Shown in pieces: positions 1-12,613 of a DNA stretch of 64,000 nt (position 1 is its first letter; every line of letters begins with the position of its first letter). The position numbers were made by a program, and so were the translations under genes. The stretch comes from Torpedo marmorata (lineage: Eukaryota). Where the stretch lies: assembly GCA_977017645.1 (NCBI GenBank), contig OZ360222.1:216566001-216630000 (forward strand), written 5' to 3'. Under the pieces are notes generated by a model. That model made no database searches and was not told the origin of the DNA. It was given only the letters and a program-made list of their open reading frames with translations.

Positions 1-87
1 AAGAAGAACGAAAACCTACTACAGCACTGAGCCCCACAGGCTCACTCACAGAGAAGAAAGAAGGAAAAACGCGGGAAACGACTCAAA

Positions 88-963
88 ATGGCGGACAGCC
101 GTTTCGGAGAGTACAAAGACTCAGAAGACTGGTATGACTACATTGAAAGATTCAATATGTACTGTATTGCCCACAATGTAGTTGATACACCAGTAACCAA
201 GAGGAAACAAGCTCTGTTTCTAAGTGAAGTGGGAAGCAAAACTTTTAAACTTATGAAGACCCTTTTGGCACCTGAAAGACCAAGTGCTAAGACTTATGAT
301 GAACTATGCACGGTAATAGGAGAACACCTATTCCCCAGACCAGTAATAATTGCAGAACGTTATAAGTTTTATTCCAGAAAGCAAATGACAGGCGAGCCAA
401 TAAGCGATTATTTAGCTGAATTACGCAGGCTATCAGAACGTTGTGAGTTCGGAGAATTCTTAAATGATGCATTAAGAGACCGATTTGTCATGGGTTTGGC
501 TGACCGCAACACCCAACAACGATTAATAAGTAAACCTGATTTAGATATTAAGTCTGCTTATGCTACAGCGTTGAGTTTCGAAATGGCCAGCCAAAATATT
601 GATATTATACAAGGAGAACCCTCCACTGTAGGGTTGGTTACAAAACCTAACCGACAGCAATGTTTCCGCTGCAGGAAAAGCAACCACAGCCCTGACAACT
701 GTTATTTTAAAAAGGCCAAATGCCATTATTGTGACAAAGGGCATATTAAATCCAGATGTCCAAGCAGAAAATTGCTATACCAAAAAAGTAATAAACAAAA
801 GCAAAAATATAGCAAACAACCTTCCAAAGTAAAAAAAATTAGAGAGAAAGACGAAACCCCTAGCAGTGAGTCTACTAATGACTCAGAAGAGGAAAAAGCG
901 GTAGATATAACACAGGCGGTGGATGTAATGCATGTCCGCAGTGTGGGGGACAAGAAGTCTTAA
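88..963 (+). pseudogene. Gypsy gag, first part of a disrupted gag-pol
   Basis: W.DYIERF, AERYKFYSRKQ, LRDRFVMGL motifs; knuckles CFRC..SNHSPDNC and CHYCDKGHIKSRC. Confidence 0.9.
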
Positions 964-3900
964 ATTTATGTAGATGTTAAGATCAATGGCAAACCTATTC
1001 GAATGGAATTAGACACCGGAGCATCGGTAACTCTAATGCCAAAAAACATATTATTCGAATTGTTGCCCAACCTTACCATAAAACAATCCGACAGACTATT
1101 AAGAACAGTCACAAGGGAAAAAGTCAAAGTGATTGGTAAATGCAAAGTTAAGGTCGAATATAAGGGTAAGATCTCAAAAGACTTACCCAACGTCATTATT
1201 GACGCAAAGGGAAAAGCCTTGTTCGGAAGGAACTGGTTATCACACATCCAATTGGATTAGATGGAAATAGGGTCAGTACTGAAGATTCAGACGGAAAATG
1301 AACCAAAACTGACACAAGTGCTGAAGAAATATCAAACCTTATTTGGGAAAAGCCTGGGGAGAATCAAAGGAGCCGAAGCAAAATTACAATTGAAAACTGA
1401 AGCTGAATCAAAGTTCTATAAGCCAAGGACAGTGCCTTTTGCAATAAAAGGAAAAATTGAGGCGGAACTCAACAGATTAGAAAACGAGGGAATCATTGAA
1501 AAGCTGCAATATAGTGACTGGGCAGCTCCCATTGTGCCAGTCCAAAAACCGAATGGAGAAATCCGAATTTGCGGAGATTATAAAGTCACTGTGAATCAAG
1601 CTCTGCAAGTACCGGAACATCCCATGCCAAGAGCGGAGGAATTATTCCAATCCCTAAATGGCAGGAAAAAGTTCACTAAGCTGGATTTATCTCAAGCATA
1701 TCAACAAGTTAAATTGGATGAAACATCAAAGAAATATGTGGCGATCAATACCCATCGGGGATTATTCACGTATACGAGAATGCCATACGGAATATCAGCA
1801 GCTCCTGCAATATTTCAAGCAATCATGGACAAATTATTGCAAGGGATAAATGTAGGGTGCTACCTGGATGATATTATCACAGGGTGGGACGATGCAGAGC
1901 ACTTATCAAACTTAGAAAAAGTCTTAGACCGACTACAACAAGCGGATGTCCGCCTGCGCAAAGACAAATGTGTATTTATGGTACCCTCCGTAACGTATTT
2001 GGGATTTACAATTAACAGTGAAGGCGTACAAATGAATGCGGCAGGTACCGAAGCCGTCCGCAGAGCACCCTGCCCAACAAACAGAGCAGAACTACAATCG
2101 TTCTTAGGTTTAGTCAACCATTATCGGAAACACATCCCAGACATGTCCACCCTGTGCAACCCACTGAACCAGTTGCTAAGAAAAGACCAAAAATGGTGTT
2201 GGACTACCAAAACAAATGACACCTTTAACCGGTTAAAGAAACTATTAACCTCAAGCAATAATGTACTCGTCCACTTCGATCCGAACAAAGACGTGACCCT
2301 AGCGTGGATGCCTCACCAGTGGGTTTAGGAGCAGTGTTATCACAAATCACCGAAAAGGGAGAACAACCAGTGGCTTATGCATCTCGGTCCTTGACAGCCT
2401 GTGAACGCAATTATGCACAATTGGAAAAAGAAGGACTGGCCATAATATTCGGAATCAAAAGATTTCACCAGTACTTGTATGGAAGGAGATTCACCTTAGT
2501 AACTGACAACAAACCACTAAGTTTAATTTTAGGGCCTAAAAAGGGCATTAGCGGCAACAAGAATCCAAAGATGGGCCATAATGCTCGCTGCTTACGATTA
2601 TGAGTTGAAACATAAACCAGCAACACAAAACGGACATGCTGATGCTTTATCACGTTTACCACTACCAGAAACGAAACAAACAGAAGAGATAATCCATTGG
2701 ACAGCAGAGGCAACAGCGGTTAACCAAGAACAGCTTCGCCATCTGCCCATTACAGCCAAAATAATCAGCAAAGAAGTAAGAAACAAACCAACACTGGCCA
2801 AAGTCTTGTATTTTACATTAAATGGATGGCCAGAAGAGGACACTATTTCTCCAGACCTTAAGCCTTACTATACCCGACGTAATGAGATAACTATCGAAGA
2901 AGGTTGTTTATTGTGGGGTGCCAGAACGATTATTCCAAGAAAATGGCAGAAAGACATACTTGCAGAGGTTCATGACAATCATCCTGGAATGGTCCGAATG
3001 AAAGCGTTAGCACGAATGCATGTTTGGTGGCCATCAATGGACATAGATATCGAACAAACCGTACGAAAGTGTGGCACTTGTCAAGAAATGCAACCCAAAG
3101 CCCCACAAGCCGAAGCAAACCCATGGAAATGGCCCTCATGACCATGGCACAGAACTCATGTGGATTTTGCAGGTCCATTCATGGGGGAGAATTTCTTTAT
3201 TGTTGTCGACACACTCCAAATGGCCAGTGGTATCACATATGCGTACAACAACAACAATTCAAACAATTGAAAGATTACGAACTATGTTTGCATCATATGG
3301 ATTACCAATGGAATTAGTCTCAGACAATGGGCCTCAGTTTACATCAGATGCTTTTAGAATGTTCTTGCGTAACAACGGTATACGTCATGTGCTCTCAGCA
3401 CCGTACCACCCAAGCACTAATGGAGAAGCTGAGCGTTTTGTGCGAACATTTAAAAACGCCATGAAAGCTGGCAAATCGCTAAACTTTTCCTGGAATCACA
3501 AAATAGCGAATTTTCTCGCAGGATACAGAAATGCACCTCACTCAACAACTAAAAGAACACCAGCAGAATTGATGTTTGGACGCAGTTTACGAACACAACT
3601 CTCTGCTGTGCACCCAGACATCGGCCTTCGTATCGAACACGCCACTTCGCCAACTAAACCGACCAGATCACTGGAAGTGGGAGAAAGAGTGTTGGTACGA
3701 GATTACAGGGATAATAAAGAAACATGGGTAAGGAGCGTTATCATTAAGAAGTTAAGCCCTTGCTCGTATTCCATACAAGTAGAGACTAACATATGGAAAC
3801 GACACATCGACCAACTGAGAGCAGTAGAAGATCCAATAATGATATTACCAACAGATGAGCCCCAAGATTTTCCAGTTTGGGCCAACGACGACCCCCCAGT

Positions 3901-4118
3901 TATATCTCAAAATGATGTTGATCTAAAGAGACGGGAAAGCAGTCCAGCCCAAGGCCTAAATAATGCTCGCACTCCAGCCCAAGGCCTAAATAATACTCAT
4001 CGAAAACCAAGCTACCAATCCGAAGAGGAGGTCAGTCCCGAGAAAGCAATGAGTCCAGAAAAGGCAAAAAGTCCCGAGAAGGCAAAGAGTCCAGAAAAGG
4101 CAAAAAGTCCCGGTGGCT

Positions 4119-7100
4119 ACTGCTCTTAGCAACAAATATACTGTATTGGATGATGTTGGGGAAGATAACCTGCCAGAAGTTGGGCCAAGGGAGCCGGTGG
4201 TGCGGAAAGGAAGGAAGGGGAACAAGGTGGTCATTGGAGACTCCATCGTCAGGGGAACAGACAGAAGGTTCTGCGAACCTGACAAGTGTTCCCGCATGGT
4301 GTGTTGCCTCCCAGCAGCCAGGGTGCGAGATGTCTCGGATAGGGTTCAGAGTATCCTGGGAGGGGAAGGTGAACGGCCGGAAGTCTTGATACACGTGGGT
4401 ACAAATGACGTGGATAAGATGAAGGAGGAGATCCTGAAGAGGGACTACCGTGAGCTCGGAAGGAGGTTAAGAAGCAGGACCTCCAGGATTGTAATCTCGG
4501 GGCTGCTACCTGTGCTGTGCGTGGGTGGGGGCAAAAATAATAAAATCAGGAGGTTAAATGTGTGGCTGAAGGAATGGTGCAGAGTGCAGGGATTCAGGTT
4601 CATAGACCATTGGGATCTCTTCTGGGGGAGACAAGACCTCTACAGGAGGGATGGTTTACACCTGAAAACAAAGGGGGCCAATATACTGGCAGTTAGGTTT
4701 AATAATGCTGTTGGGTTTGATTTAAACTAATTTGTCAGGGGGAAGGGAACAGGACTGATAGGGAAACAGATAGGAGAGTGAATATAGGGGTGGTTCCGAT
4801 AGACGGTGAAACCATAAGGAAAAAGGGAACTAAAAGGGATAGGAGAGTAGGGGCAAGTGCATCAGGAACAAAGGTGGAGGGAGAAGGGAGATATGGTATC
4901 AAGGTATTGTATATGAATGCACGGAGTGTAAGGAATAAAATGGATGAGCTTGAGGTGCAAATGGCAATGGAAGGTTATGACATTATCGGAGTAACGGAGA
5001 CATGGCTGCGGGAGGGACAGGATTGGGAAATAAATGTTCCAGGGTACATGTCCTATAGAAAGGACAGAAAGTTAGGAAGAGGAGGTGGGGTAGCTCTGTT
5101 GGTAAGAAATGAAATTCAGGCGTTTGAAAGGAAAGACATTGAAACAGGTGGGGTAGAGTCTGTTTGGATAGAATTAAGAAATTGCAAAGGCATGAAGACC
5201 ATAATGGGGGTCATTTACAGGCCTCCGAAAAGTAGCTCAGATATAGGAAGTAGTATAAATCAGGAATTAAGATTGGCATGTCAAAGTGGTAGCAATACGG
5301 TAGTTATGGGGGACTTCAACATGAAGGTGGACTGGGAAAATCAGACGGGGGCAGGAAAACAAGAGAGTGAGTTTATAGAATGTCTATGAGATACATTCTT
5401 GGAGCAGCTAGTGGAGGAACCTACCAGGGGGAAGTCGATTCTGGACTTGGTGCTATGCAGCGACGCAGAGTTAATAAGTGACCTCGAAGTAGGGGTGCCA
5501 TTAGGGAATAGTGACCATGGTATGATTACTTTTGATCTGCAATTAGAAAGGGAAAAAGAAAGGAAGTCGGAATCATCTGTACTGCAGTTAAATAAAGGGG
5601 ATTATGCAGCTATGAGGGAGGAGCTAGCCAAAATAAAATGGAAAGATGCACTAGCTGGGAGGACAACTGGGGAAAAATGGCAGGTATTTTTGGACATTTT
5701 TCACAGGATTCAGGACAAATTCATTCCAAAGTGGAGGAAAGGCTCTAGGAGATGCAAATGGCAGCCGTGGCTAACTAATGAAATCAAGTGCAATATCAAG
5801 TCCAAAGGGAGTAAGTATAAGATAGCGAAGCAGAGTGGGAAGTTAAAGGATTGGGAAACCTTCAAAAAACATCAGAGGGTAACTAAGAAAGTCATACGAG
5901 AGGGGAAAATGAAGTACGAGAGGAAATTAGCAAATAATATAATAGAGGGTAGCAAAAGCTTTTTTAAATATGTGAAGAGGAAGAAATTGGTTCGGTCTAA
6001 AATTGGGCCATTAAGAATAGAAAAGGGTGGAATTATTACTGGAAACAAGGAAATGGCTGAGGAATTTAACAAATACTTTGCATCTGTCTTCACCAAGGAG
6101 GATATAGGTTATGGTCAGTTAGGGAGTAGTGGTCATGCAGTATCAAGAGACTTGGGGAACTTTCCTGGGGAAGTAGGGGATCTGATGGATATCCGGATCC
6201 AGAAGCAGGAGGCTGTGAGTAAATTGTTGTGACTGAGGGCTGATAAATCCCTAGGGCCTGATGGGCTGCATCCCAGGGTGCTTAAAGAGGTCGCTCTGGA
6301 AATTGTGGAGGTACTGGTCGACATTTTCCAAAGTTCCATAGATTCAGGGGAGGTCCCTGTGGATTGGAGAGTGGCTGATGTGGTGCCGCTTTTTAAGAAG
6401 GGAGGGAGGGAGAAAACGGGAAATTATAGACCGGTCAGCCTGACGTCAGTGGTGGGGAAGATATTGGAATCTATCATAAAAGGAGTAATAGCAGAACACT
6501 TAGGCAGAAATAATAGTATAAGGGCTAGTCAGCATGGATTCCTTAAGGGAAAGTCATGCTTGACTAACCTTCTGGAATTTTTCGAAGATGTGACAAAGAG
6601 GGTGGGCTTGGGAGAGCCAGTGGATGTGGTGTATTTGGACTTCCAGAAGGCTTTTGATAAGGTCCCGCACGGGAGGCTAGTGGGCAAGATCAGGGAGCAT
6701 GGTATTGGAGGTAAGGTGCTGACATGGATAGGAAATTGGTTAAGAAATAGGAAACAAAGGGTTGGGGTAAGGGGGTCTTTTTCAGGATGGCAGGATGTGA
6801 CGAGTGGAGTGCCGCAGGGATCGGTGTTGGGTCCTCAGTTGTTTGTCATTTATGTAAATGATTTGGATGATGGGATTATTAATAACATGAGCAAATTTGC
6901 AGACGACACTAAACTGGGTGGCGGTGTAAAGTGTGAGGAGGATGTCAGGAAAATGCAGAGGGACTTGGACAGGTTGGGGGAGTGGGCTGAAGAATGGAAG
7001 ATGAAGTTCAATGTGAGCAAATGTGAGGTTATCCATTTTGGGGGCAGTAATAGGAAAGCTGAGTATTATTTAAATGGAGACAAGCTAGGGAGTGGGGAAG

Positions 7101-7783
7101 TGCAAATGGATCTGGGTGTACTTGTAGACCGGTCACTGAAGGCAAATGGCATGTTGGCTTTCATAAAGAGGGGATTGAAGTATAGGAGCAGAGACGCTCT
7201 TCTGCAGTTGTACAGGGCCCTGGTGAGACCCCACCTGGAGTATTGCGTCCAGTTCTGGTCTCCAAATTTGAGGAAGGACATACTAGCTATAGAGGGTGTG
7301 CAGCGCAGATTTACAAGGTTAGTTCCAGGGATGGCAGGGTTGACATATGCTGAAAGGTTAGAAAAACTGGACTTATATCCGATGGAGTTTAGAAGGATGA
7401 GGGGGGACATGATTGAGGTATACAAGATTATCAAGGGGATAGACAGGGTGAAGTCGGATTACTTGTTCCCAATGATGGGAGAGACGAGGACTAGAGGGCA
7501 TAGTTTAAGAATACAGGGAAGGCCCTTTAGGACGGAGATGAGGAAAAATTTTTTTACCCAGAGAAGTGTGAATCTGTGGAATGCTCTGCCACAGAGGGTG
7601 GTAGAGGCAGATTCGCTGATTATGTTCAAAAGAGAGTTAGATAAGACTCTAGTGGGCAGAGGAGTTAAGGGTTATGGGGATAAGGCTGGAAAGGGGTACT
7701 GATAGTAGTGATCAGCCATGATCTGTAAAATGGCGGTGCTGGCTCGACGGGCCGAAGGGCCTACTCCAGCTCCTATTGTCTAT
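4119..7783 (+). mobile_element. CR1 LINE, 5'-truncated within ORF1 (SGNH/GDSL esterase domain), ORF2 endonuclease-RT with a few stops
   Basis: ORF1 motifs GDS, HVGTND, DGLHL; ORF2 MNARS, TETW, GDFN, GVPQGSVLGP, FADD; tail CTCCTATTGTCTAT; 5-bp TSD TGGCT at 4114-4118 and 7784-7788, whose removal restores the Gypsy reading frame. Confidence 0.95.
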
Positions 7784-8048
7784 TGGCTCCGATACCTCAG
7801 GGGCCCCGCCCCTAAGAAGATCACACCGGCAATGACGTCCTCCAGAACATCTGAGAGACTATGTACCATGAACGGGACACTTGACATGTTATGATTATTA
7901 TTATCACAGCGATATTTTGTAGTTGTAGTTCCTATTGTTACATAATATTTTGTAGTTGTAGTTCCCACAGTATCTCAGTAGTTATGGTAGTTTTACATAC
8001 TTGTTATCGGGGAATGTTTAATCATCTATATTCTGTGGGGGGGAAGAG

Positions 8049-8212
8049 TGTTGTGGATACACGCAGTCTTGGTACGCCGCGTATGACGTCATGACGTCAT
8101 ACGCACTATATAAAGCGTGGCGCAGGAAACCATTGTTAGATTCGTAATAATGGATGAATGAAGCACCACGTCTCCGTGTGCTTGTGTATATCTAAACCTA
8201 GAATACACTACA
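8049..8212 (+). repeat. 3' LTR of the Gypsy element (164 bp)
   Basis: Starts TGTTGTG directly after the polypurine tract, ends CACTACA (imperfect inverted termini). Confidence 0.8.
8079..8114 (+). promoter_or_regulatory. 26-bp perfect palindrome with two tandem CRE sites, followed by a TATA box, inside the LTR
   Basis: GCGTA-TGACGTCA-TGACGTCA-TACGC at 8079-8104; TATATAAA at 8107-8114. Motifs are seen directly; activity is not shown. Confidence 0.6.
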
Positions 8213-8829
8213 CATGTTTAATTAAAAAATATATATTTTGCCACTAGAATTACTTTTCTTCATGACATTTTTATATTGCTTTGTTTCTTGTTCTCAGCTC
8301 TTCCACAAGAATCCTCTTCATTAATCCTTCCTAATTCATCACTAAAATTGCTCCATTGTTTTCTCCTTTTACCGGTTACTGCTCTGTTTGTTAGCCTACT
8401 GTTCCTCTTCATATGAAACATCAGTGCCTAAGAAATAGTTCAGTGAAGTGAATTTTAGAAGCAAAGTTCAGAAAGCATGTTTAACCGTATCTTTTTTTTA
8501 GCATTACTTAGACTTTATTAAAAGTTCATACACTTTTAAATGAATTATAATTTTCAAATTTGCCTCTTTTTTCTTTCATGCTTGTTAGTTTTTCCTCTGA
8601 ATTTTGTAAGGGTTTTATGTTCATTAAAAAAAAAACACTTTGCCACAATTATGCTGGAAAACTGGGCTTGGAAAGGGTACGTAAACAATCAAAGTCAATA
8701 TGCTTCTGTAGTCTTGGGCTTCAAAATTGTATGAGAAAAACACAGATGCTGATCAGATATTTTAATTAAAAATTATTTAAAATGTCTTTTGTCGTATATG
8801 ATTCTGTGTGTTAGGCACCAGGTGTTGAA

Positions 8830-8908
8830 ATGGAAGGAGACCTCCCTTCAGGAGACTCAACCTTTATTAACCCCAGGAATACAGTAAATACAACAGGATC
8901 TTGTTCAG
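8830..8908 (+). CDS. ccdc62: Putative first coding exon of ccdc62 (MEGDLPSG...; splice acceptor at 8815)
   Basis: TTAG acceptor, in-frame ATG at 8830, CAG|GTACAA donor in phase 1 matching the next exon; no homology support. Confidence 0.55.
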
Positions 8909-9027
8909 GTACAATGCATGATAAATCTTTAATCAGAATTGACTTGCATACTTGTTTCTGCACCATTGAGTGAAATTTTCTAAACAATAATTCATCCAGG
9001 TATTAATCAATTGTGCTTTTATCCTAG

Positions 9028-9068
9028 AAAGTCACCTTGAACAGTGGCAAAGCACTCTGAAATCTAAA
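9028..9068 (+). CDS. ccdc62: Putative ccdc62 micro-exon (ESHLEQWQSTLKSK)
   Basis: Pyrimidine tract plus CTAG acceptor, AAA|GTAAGA donor, phase 1 to 0 bridging both neighbouring exons without stops. Confidence 0.6.
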
Positions 9069-10010
9069 GTAAGAAATATAATTAAAATAAACACCCAGTG
9101 TACTATTTGTCTATCACTTACATATTTATACTAGAGTGTTAGGCCTTTCATTTTTGTTAACTGATAAGAGCAGAAAGCCAATTCTTGTTACCTAAAATAG
9201 GTGAGGGCTCAAGGTTACTTTATCTGTACTTTTGATAGCCGTTTGTTTGCTTAGTATTCAATGACCTTGAATTTTTTTTTCTATCCCCTGACCTTTTTCC
9301 CCCTGACCTAATAAGAAAGGTGCCGAGAAGGGTAAAGACTAGTCTGAGTTATCTGAGGGCATGCCTCTGCAGATGTAGGCAGAGATTGAGTGCATGCCTC
9401 CTACTCCATTTTCGGAGTTTACAAGCCCCCACTGCCATTGACACCACCTATACAATTGTGGTATAATTTTCCTTTCCCAAACATTGTTCCTCTGCTTCAA
9501 GTGTTTCCTCAACTACTGCTGAGGTTCATTCCCAGGAGTGTCTGGCTGCATTACTCCTGGGAATGAAATTTGATAAGACAACAAAATTCTGTGTAAATGT
9601 TTACATCTTTCCTTGGAAATTTGCCAGGCTTCATGTCCCTGGACTCTGATTCCATGACACACTTCGGAATTTGCAAGCTCTGTGCCCTTCATTCATCTCA
9701 GTGTTGGTATCTGACGTCAATAACATAACTGGAATTGGGAGTTGTTGCTTCGAGACTTAAAATCTGGTTCTACATGCAATGAATCGTTTGTCTACATTTT
9801 TAATATTTCAAACAAGGTCAAAGTGAAGACCCATTTAGCGATGTTTTCCTTTGTTATAATTAATTAAAAAGAAAACGCTTAGTGCCCATTAAGCATTTTG
9901 GTGACTTCTGCCAAGGACAATAGTAAACAGAAAGATTTACCACCTCTTGTATTTTGCAACTTATATTTTAAACAATGTTTGTGCTCTAACATTTTTAATT
10001 TATTTCTCAG

Positions 10011-10169
10011 CCTTCATTAGAAAATGTTAGCTGTTCAAAATCTATTGGGGATTCAAAAATGAACATTGGGAAAATGCAAGACTTTGCATTAACAAATACA
10101 GCAAGATATAAAATTGGCCCTACAAAAGCCATTCATGCAGATCCAACACTGAATGGCTCTATGAAAAAT
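10011..10169 (+). CDS. ccdc62: Putative ccdc62 exon (PSLENVSC...GSMKN)
   Basis: TTTCTCAG acceptor, GTGAGT donor, 159 bp open in phase 0-0. Confidence 0.6.
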
Positions 10170-10234
10170 GTGAGTTAAAGTTTCCTCTTTTGTGCTTGAC
10201 TGCATTTCACCCCACAGAACATGCTTTAGATTGT

Positions 10235-10392
10235 GGCAGTCAATGTTTCGGGTCAAGACCTTGATACACGGTCTTGACTTGCGATGTTGACTATCTCTTT
10301 ACCACCACAGACACTGCCTGACCCACTGAATTCCTCCAGCTGTTTTTTTATTTTGCTCCAGATTCCAGCATCTGCAGTCTTTTGTGTCTCCA
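10235..10392 (+). repeat. Degenerate Penelope-type terminal remnant
   Basis: CTGCCTGACCCACTGAATTCCTCCAGC...CAGCATCTGCAG resembles the termini of the other Penelope copies; preceded by inverted GGTCAAGACC/GGTCTTGAC. Confidence 0.5.
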
Positions 10393-10429
10393 TGCCTTAG
10401 CTTGTTTTCTATATAAGGTTTTTTTTTTA

Positions 10430-11060
10430 TTTGGGCAGCTTGTGACCGTCTTGAATTGCAGCATTCTTTCCAGCGAAGGTCTCTCACAGTGCTGTTGGGC
10501 AAGGAGTTCTAATATTTGGATCCAGCAATAAATTTCCATGTTCGGTTGGTGTGCAACTTAGATGAGATCCTGCAGATGGTGCTCTTTCCATGCACCCGTT
10601 TCTCTGGTCCTTTCAGAAGTTGGAGGTTTGCAGATTTGGGAGATACTGTCTGGTGAATAACTGCAATGCATTTTGAAGATCATACTGCATGAATCTTTTG
10701 AGGAGGTTGATGGGTTAGAGAGGGTTACTTTACCATGGAATGTATGGAGCTTCGTGAGGATTGTTGGTGCTGCAAGTGGAGAGTTTTCCAGGCAAGTGGA
10801 GTGTATTCCTTCACAGTCCTGATTTGTACCTTGTAGATAAAGAATAGGCCTTGAGGGGTCAGGAACAGAGTCACTTTCCACAGGATATTAGCCTCTGACA
10901 TTCTTATAGCCACATCTGATCTATTTGAGTTTATGGTCAATGATGACCCCCAGAATCTTTATGGTGGGAAACCCATTGTTGGTGATATTGAATGTCAAAG
11001 GTGGCTGGTCAGATTCTCATAAGTTGGAGGTGGAGCTTGCCTGGCATCCATGTGAATTTT
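10430..11060 (-). mobile_element. Old non-LTR LINE 3' fragment (CR1/L2-like RT C-terminus)
   Basis: Remnant LTPQGLFFIYKVQIRTVKEYTPLAW resembles the conserved post-RT LINE segment; heavily decayed. Confidence 0.55.
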
Positions 11061-11105
11061 TCTTTCCACTTATCAGTCCTTCATTTAAGAGGGAAGTTGG
11101 AGAAT

Positions 11106-12300
11106 TAAAACACGAAAATCTGTAGACACCGTGGTTGAAGTAAAAACACACAATGCTGGAGAAACTCAGCAGGTCAAACAGTGTCTTTTACATAGCAAAG
11201 GTAAAAATACATAACCAACGTTTCGGGCTTGAGCCCTTCATCAAGGTATGGAAAAATGTCGGCAGGCGTCCGAGCAAAAGAGTAGGGGGGGGTGGGGGAG
11301 GTGATAGGTGGAGAAGGGAGGGAGGGGACAGCAGCAATCAAGGGGAGGAGGGATGGCTAGGTGAAGGGAGGGGGAAGGGAGGGAGGAGAACTGGAAAGGG
11401 GAAGGGGAGGGGGAAGAGGAGAGCAGGTTAGCAGAAACCGGAAAAGTCGATGTGAATGCCATCTGGCTGGAGAGTGCCCAGACGGAAAATCAGGTGTTGT
11501 TCCTCCAATTTGCGGGTGGTCTTGGTGGGATAGTACATGAGGCCATGGACAGACATGTGAGTATGGGAGTGTGACACAGAACTGAAATGGTTGTCTACTG
11601 GGAGGTCTCTGTCACTGTAGCAGACAGAGCGAAGGTGCTCAGCGAAGCGATCTCCCAATCTGCGCCCAGTCTCCGATGTAGAGAAGGCAACAAAGGGAGC
11701 ACCGGATGCAGTAAATCAGTCCTGCGAATACACGTGAAGTGTTGCTTCATTTGAAAAGCCTGTTTTGGGCCCTGGACTGTGGTGAGGGGGGAAGTGTGGG
11801 CGCAAGTGTTGCACCTCCTGCGGCCTCAGGGGAAGGTGCCGGGGGGTGGGGGGGGGGAGATTGGTGGGGAGGGATGAGTGCACGAAGGAGTCATTGTGGG
11901 AGCAGTCCCTACGGAAGGCAGAGAAGGGAGGAGAGGGGAAGATGTGTCTTGTAGTGGAATCCTGTTGTAAGTGTCGGAAATTCCAGAGGATAATGTGTTG
12001 GATGCGGAGGCTGGTGGGGTGGTAGGTGAGGATAAGGGGGACTCTGTGTTTGTTGCGTCTGGGGGCAGAGGGGGCCAGGGCAGATGAGCGGAAAATGCAG
12101 GAGATGCAGGTGAGGGCTGAGTTGATGGTGGTGGAGGGGAAGCCACGTTTGTGGAAGAAGGCAGACATTTCGGAAGATCTGGACTAGAAGACCTCATCTT
12201 GGGAACAGATGCAGCGGAGACGGGGAAATTGAGAGAAGGGGATAGAATCCTTGCAGGGGACAGGGTGTGAGGAAATGTAGTCCAGATAGTTGTGGGAGTT
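11106..12300 (-). mobile_element. Penelope-like element, 5'-truncated (RT thumb plus GIY-YIG endonuclease)
   Basis: RVPLILTYHP, IYCIRC..LYI, LGDRFAEH, RKLEEQHLIFRLGTL; 11-bp TSD AGTTGGAGAAT at 11095-11105 and 12301-12311. Confidence 0.9.
11205..11250 (-). ncRNA. Minimal hammerhead-like motif (U3 variant) in the Penelope terminus
   Basis: Minus strand TTGATGA-A-GGGCT-CA-AGCCC-GAAAC-GTTG-GTT. Confidence 0.5.
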
Positions 12301-12613
12301 AGTTGGAGAATGTTTGTTAGGATGATTCTGGGGATAAATGGGTGATCTTGTGAGGAAAGGTTCAGCAGGTTGAGCCTATACTCATTGGCTTAGAAGATTG
12401 AGGGGTGATGTTGTTGTAATGTGTAAGATTCCAAGAAGTTGTATTCCTGGAGGGAGAATTTAGAAGAAAGGGACATAGATTCAGATTAAGAGATTGCCCA
12501 TTTGATTGAAGATGCTGAGGAGTTTCTTCTTTCAGATCATTATGAATGTTTGGAATTCCCTTCCCCAAACAGCTGTAGTGGTTGAATCATTGAATATATA
12601 TGAGGCTTGGACA

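Larger units (their letters stand above)
1..8212 (+). mobile_element. Ty3/Gypsy LTR retrotransposon (K02A2.6/Mag-like), 5' LTR outside window, interrupted by a CR1 LINE
   Basis: Gag with two CCHC knuckles (88-963), protease ELDTGA (1003-1260), RT YLDD and RNase H (1261-2603), integrase HHCC plus DDE core (2581-4118); several stops and frameshifts. Integrase tail resumes in frame at 7789 (PPLRRSHRQ*RPPEHLRDYV). Polypurine tract 8037-8048, then 3' LTR. Confidence 0.95.

Noticed and set aside
4030-4112. Neurofilament gene exon
   Set aside because: It is in frame with the integrase and continues into the integrase terminal motif once the CR1 is removed; there is no rod domain.
4113-4730. Stand-alone GDSL/SGNH esterase gene captured by the Gypsy element
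   Set aside because: It is the known esterase domain of CR1 ORF1, lying inside the TGGCT TSD directly before CR1 ORF2.
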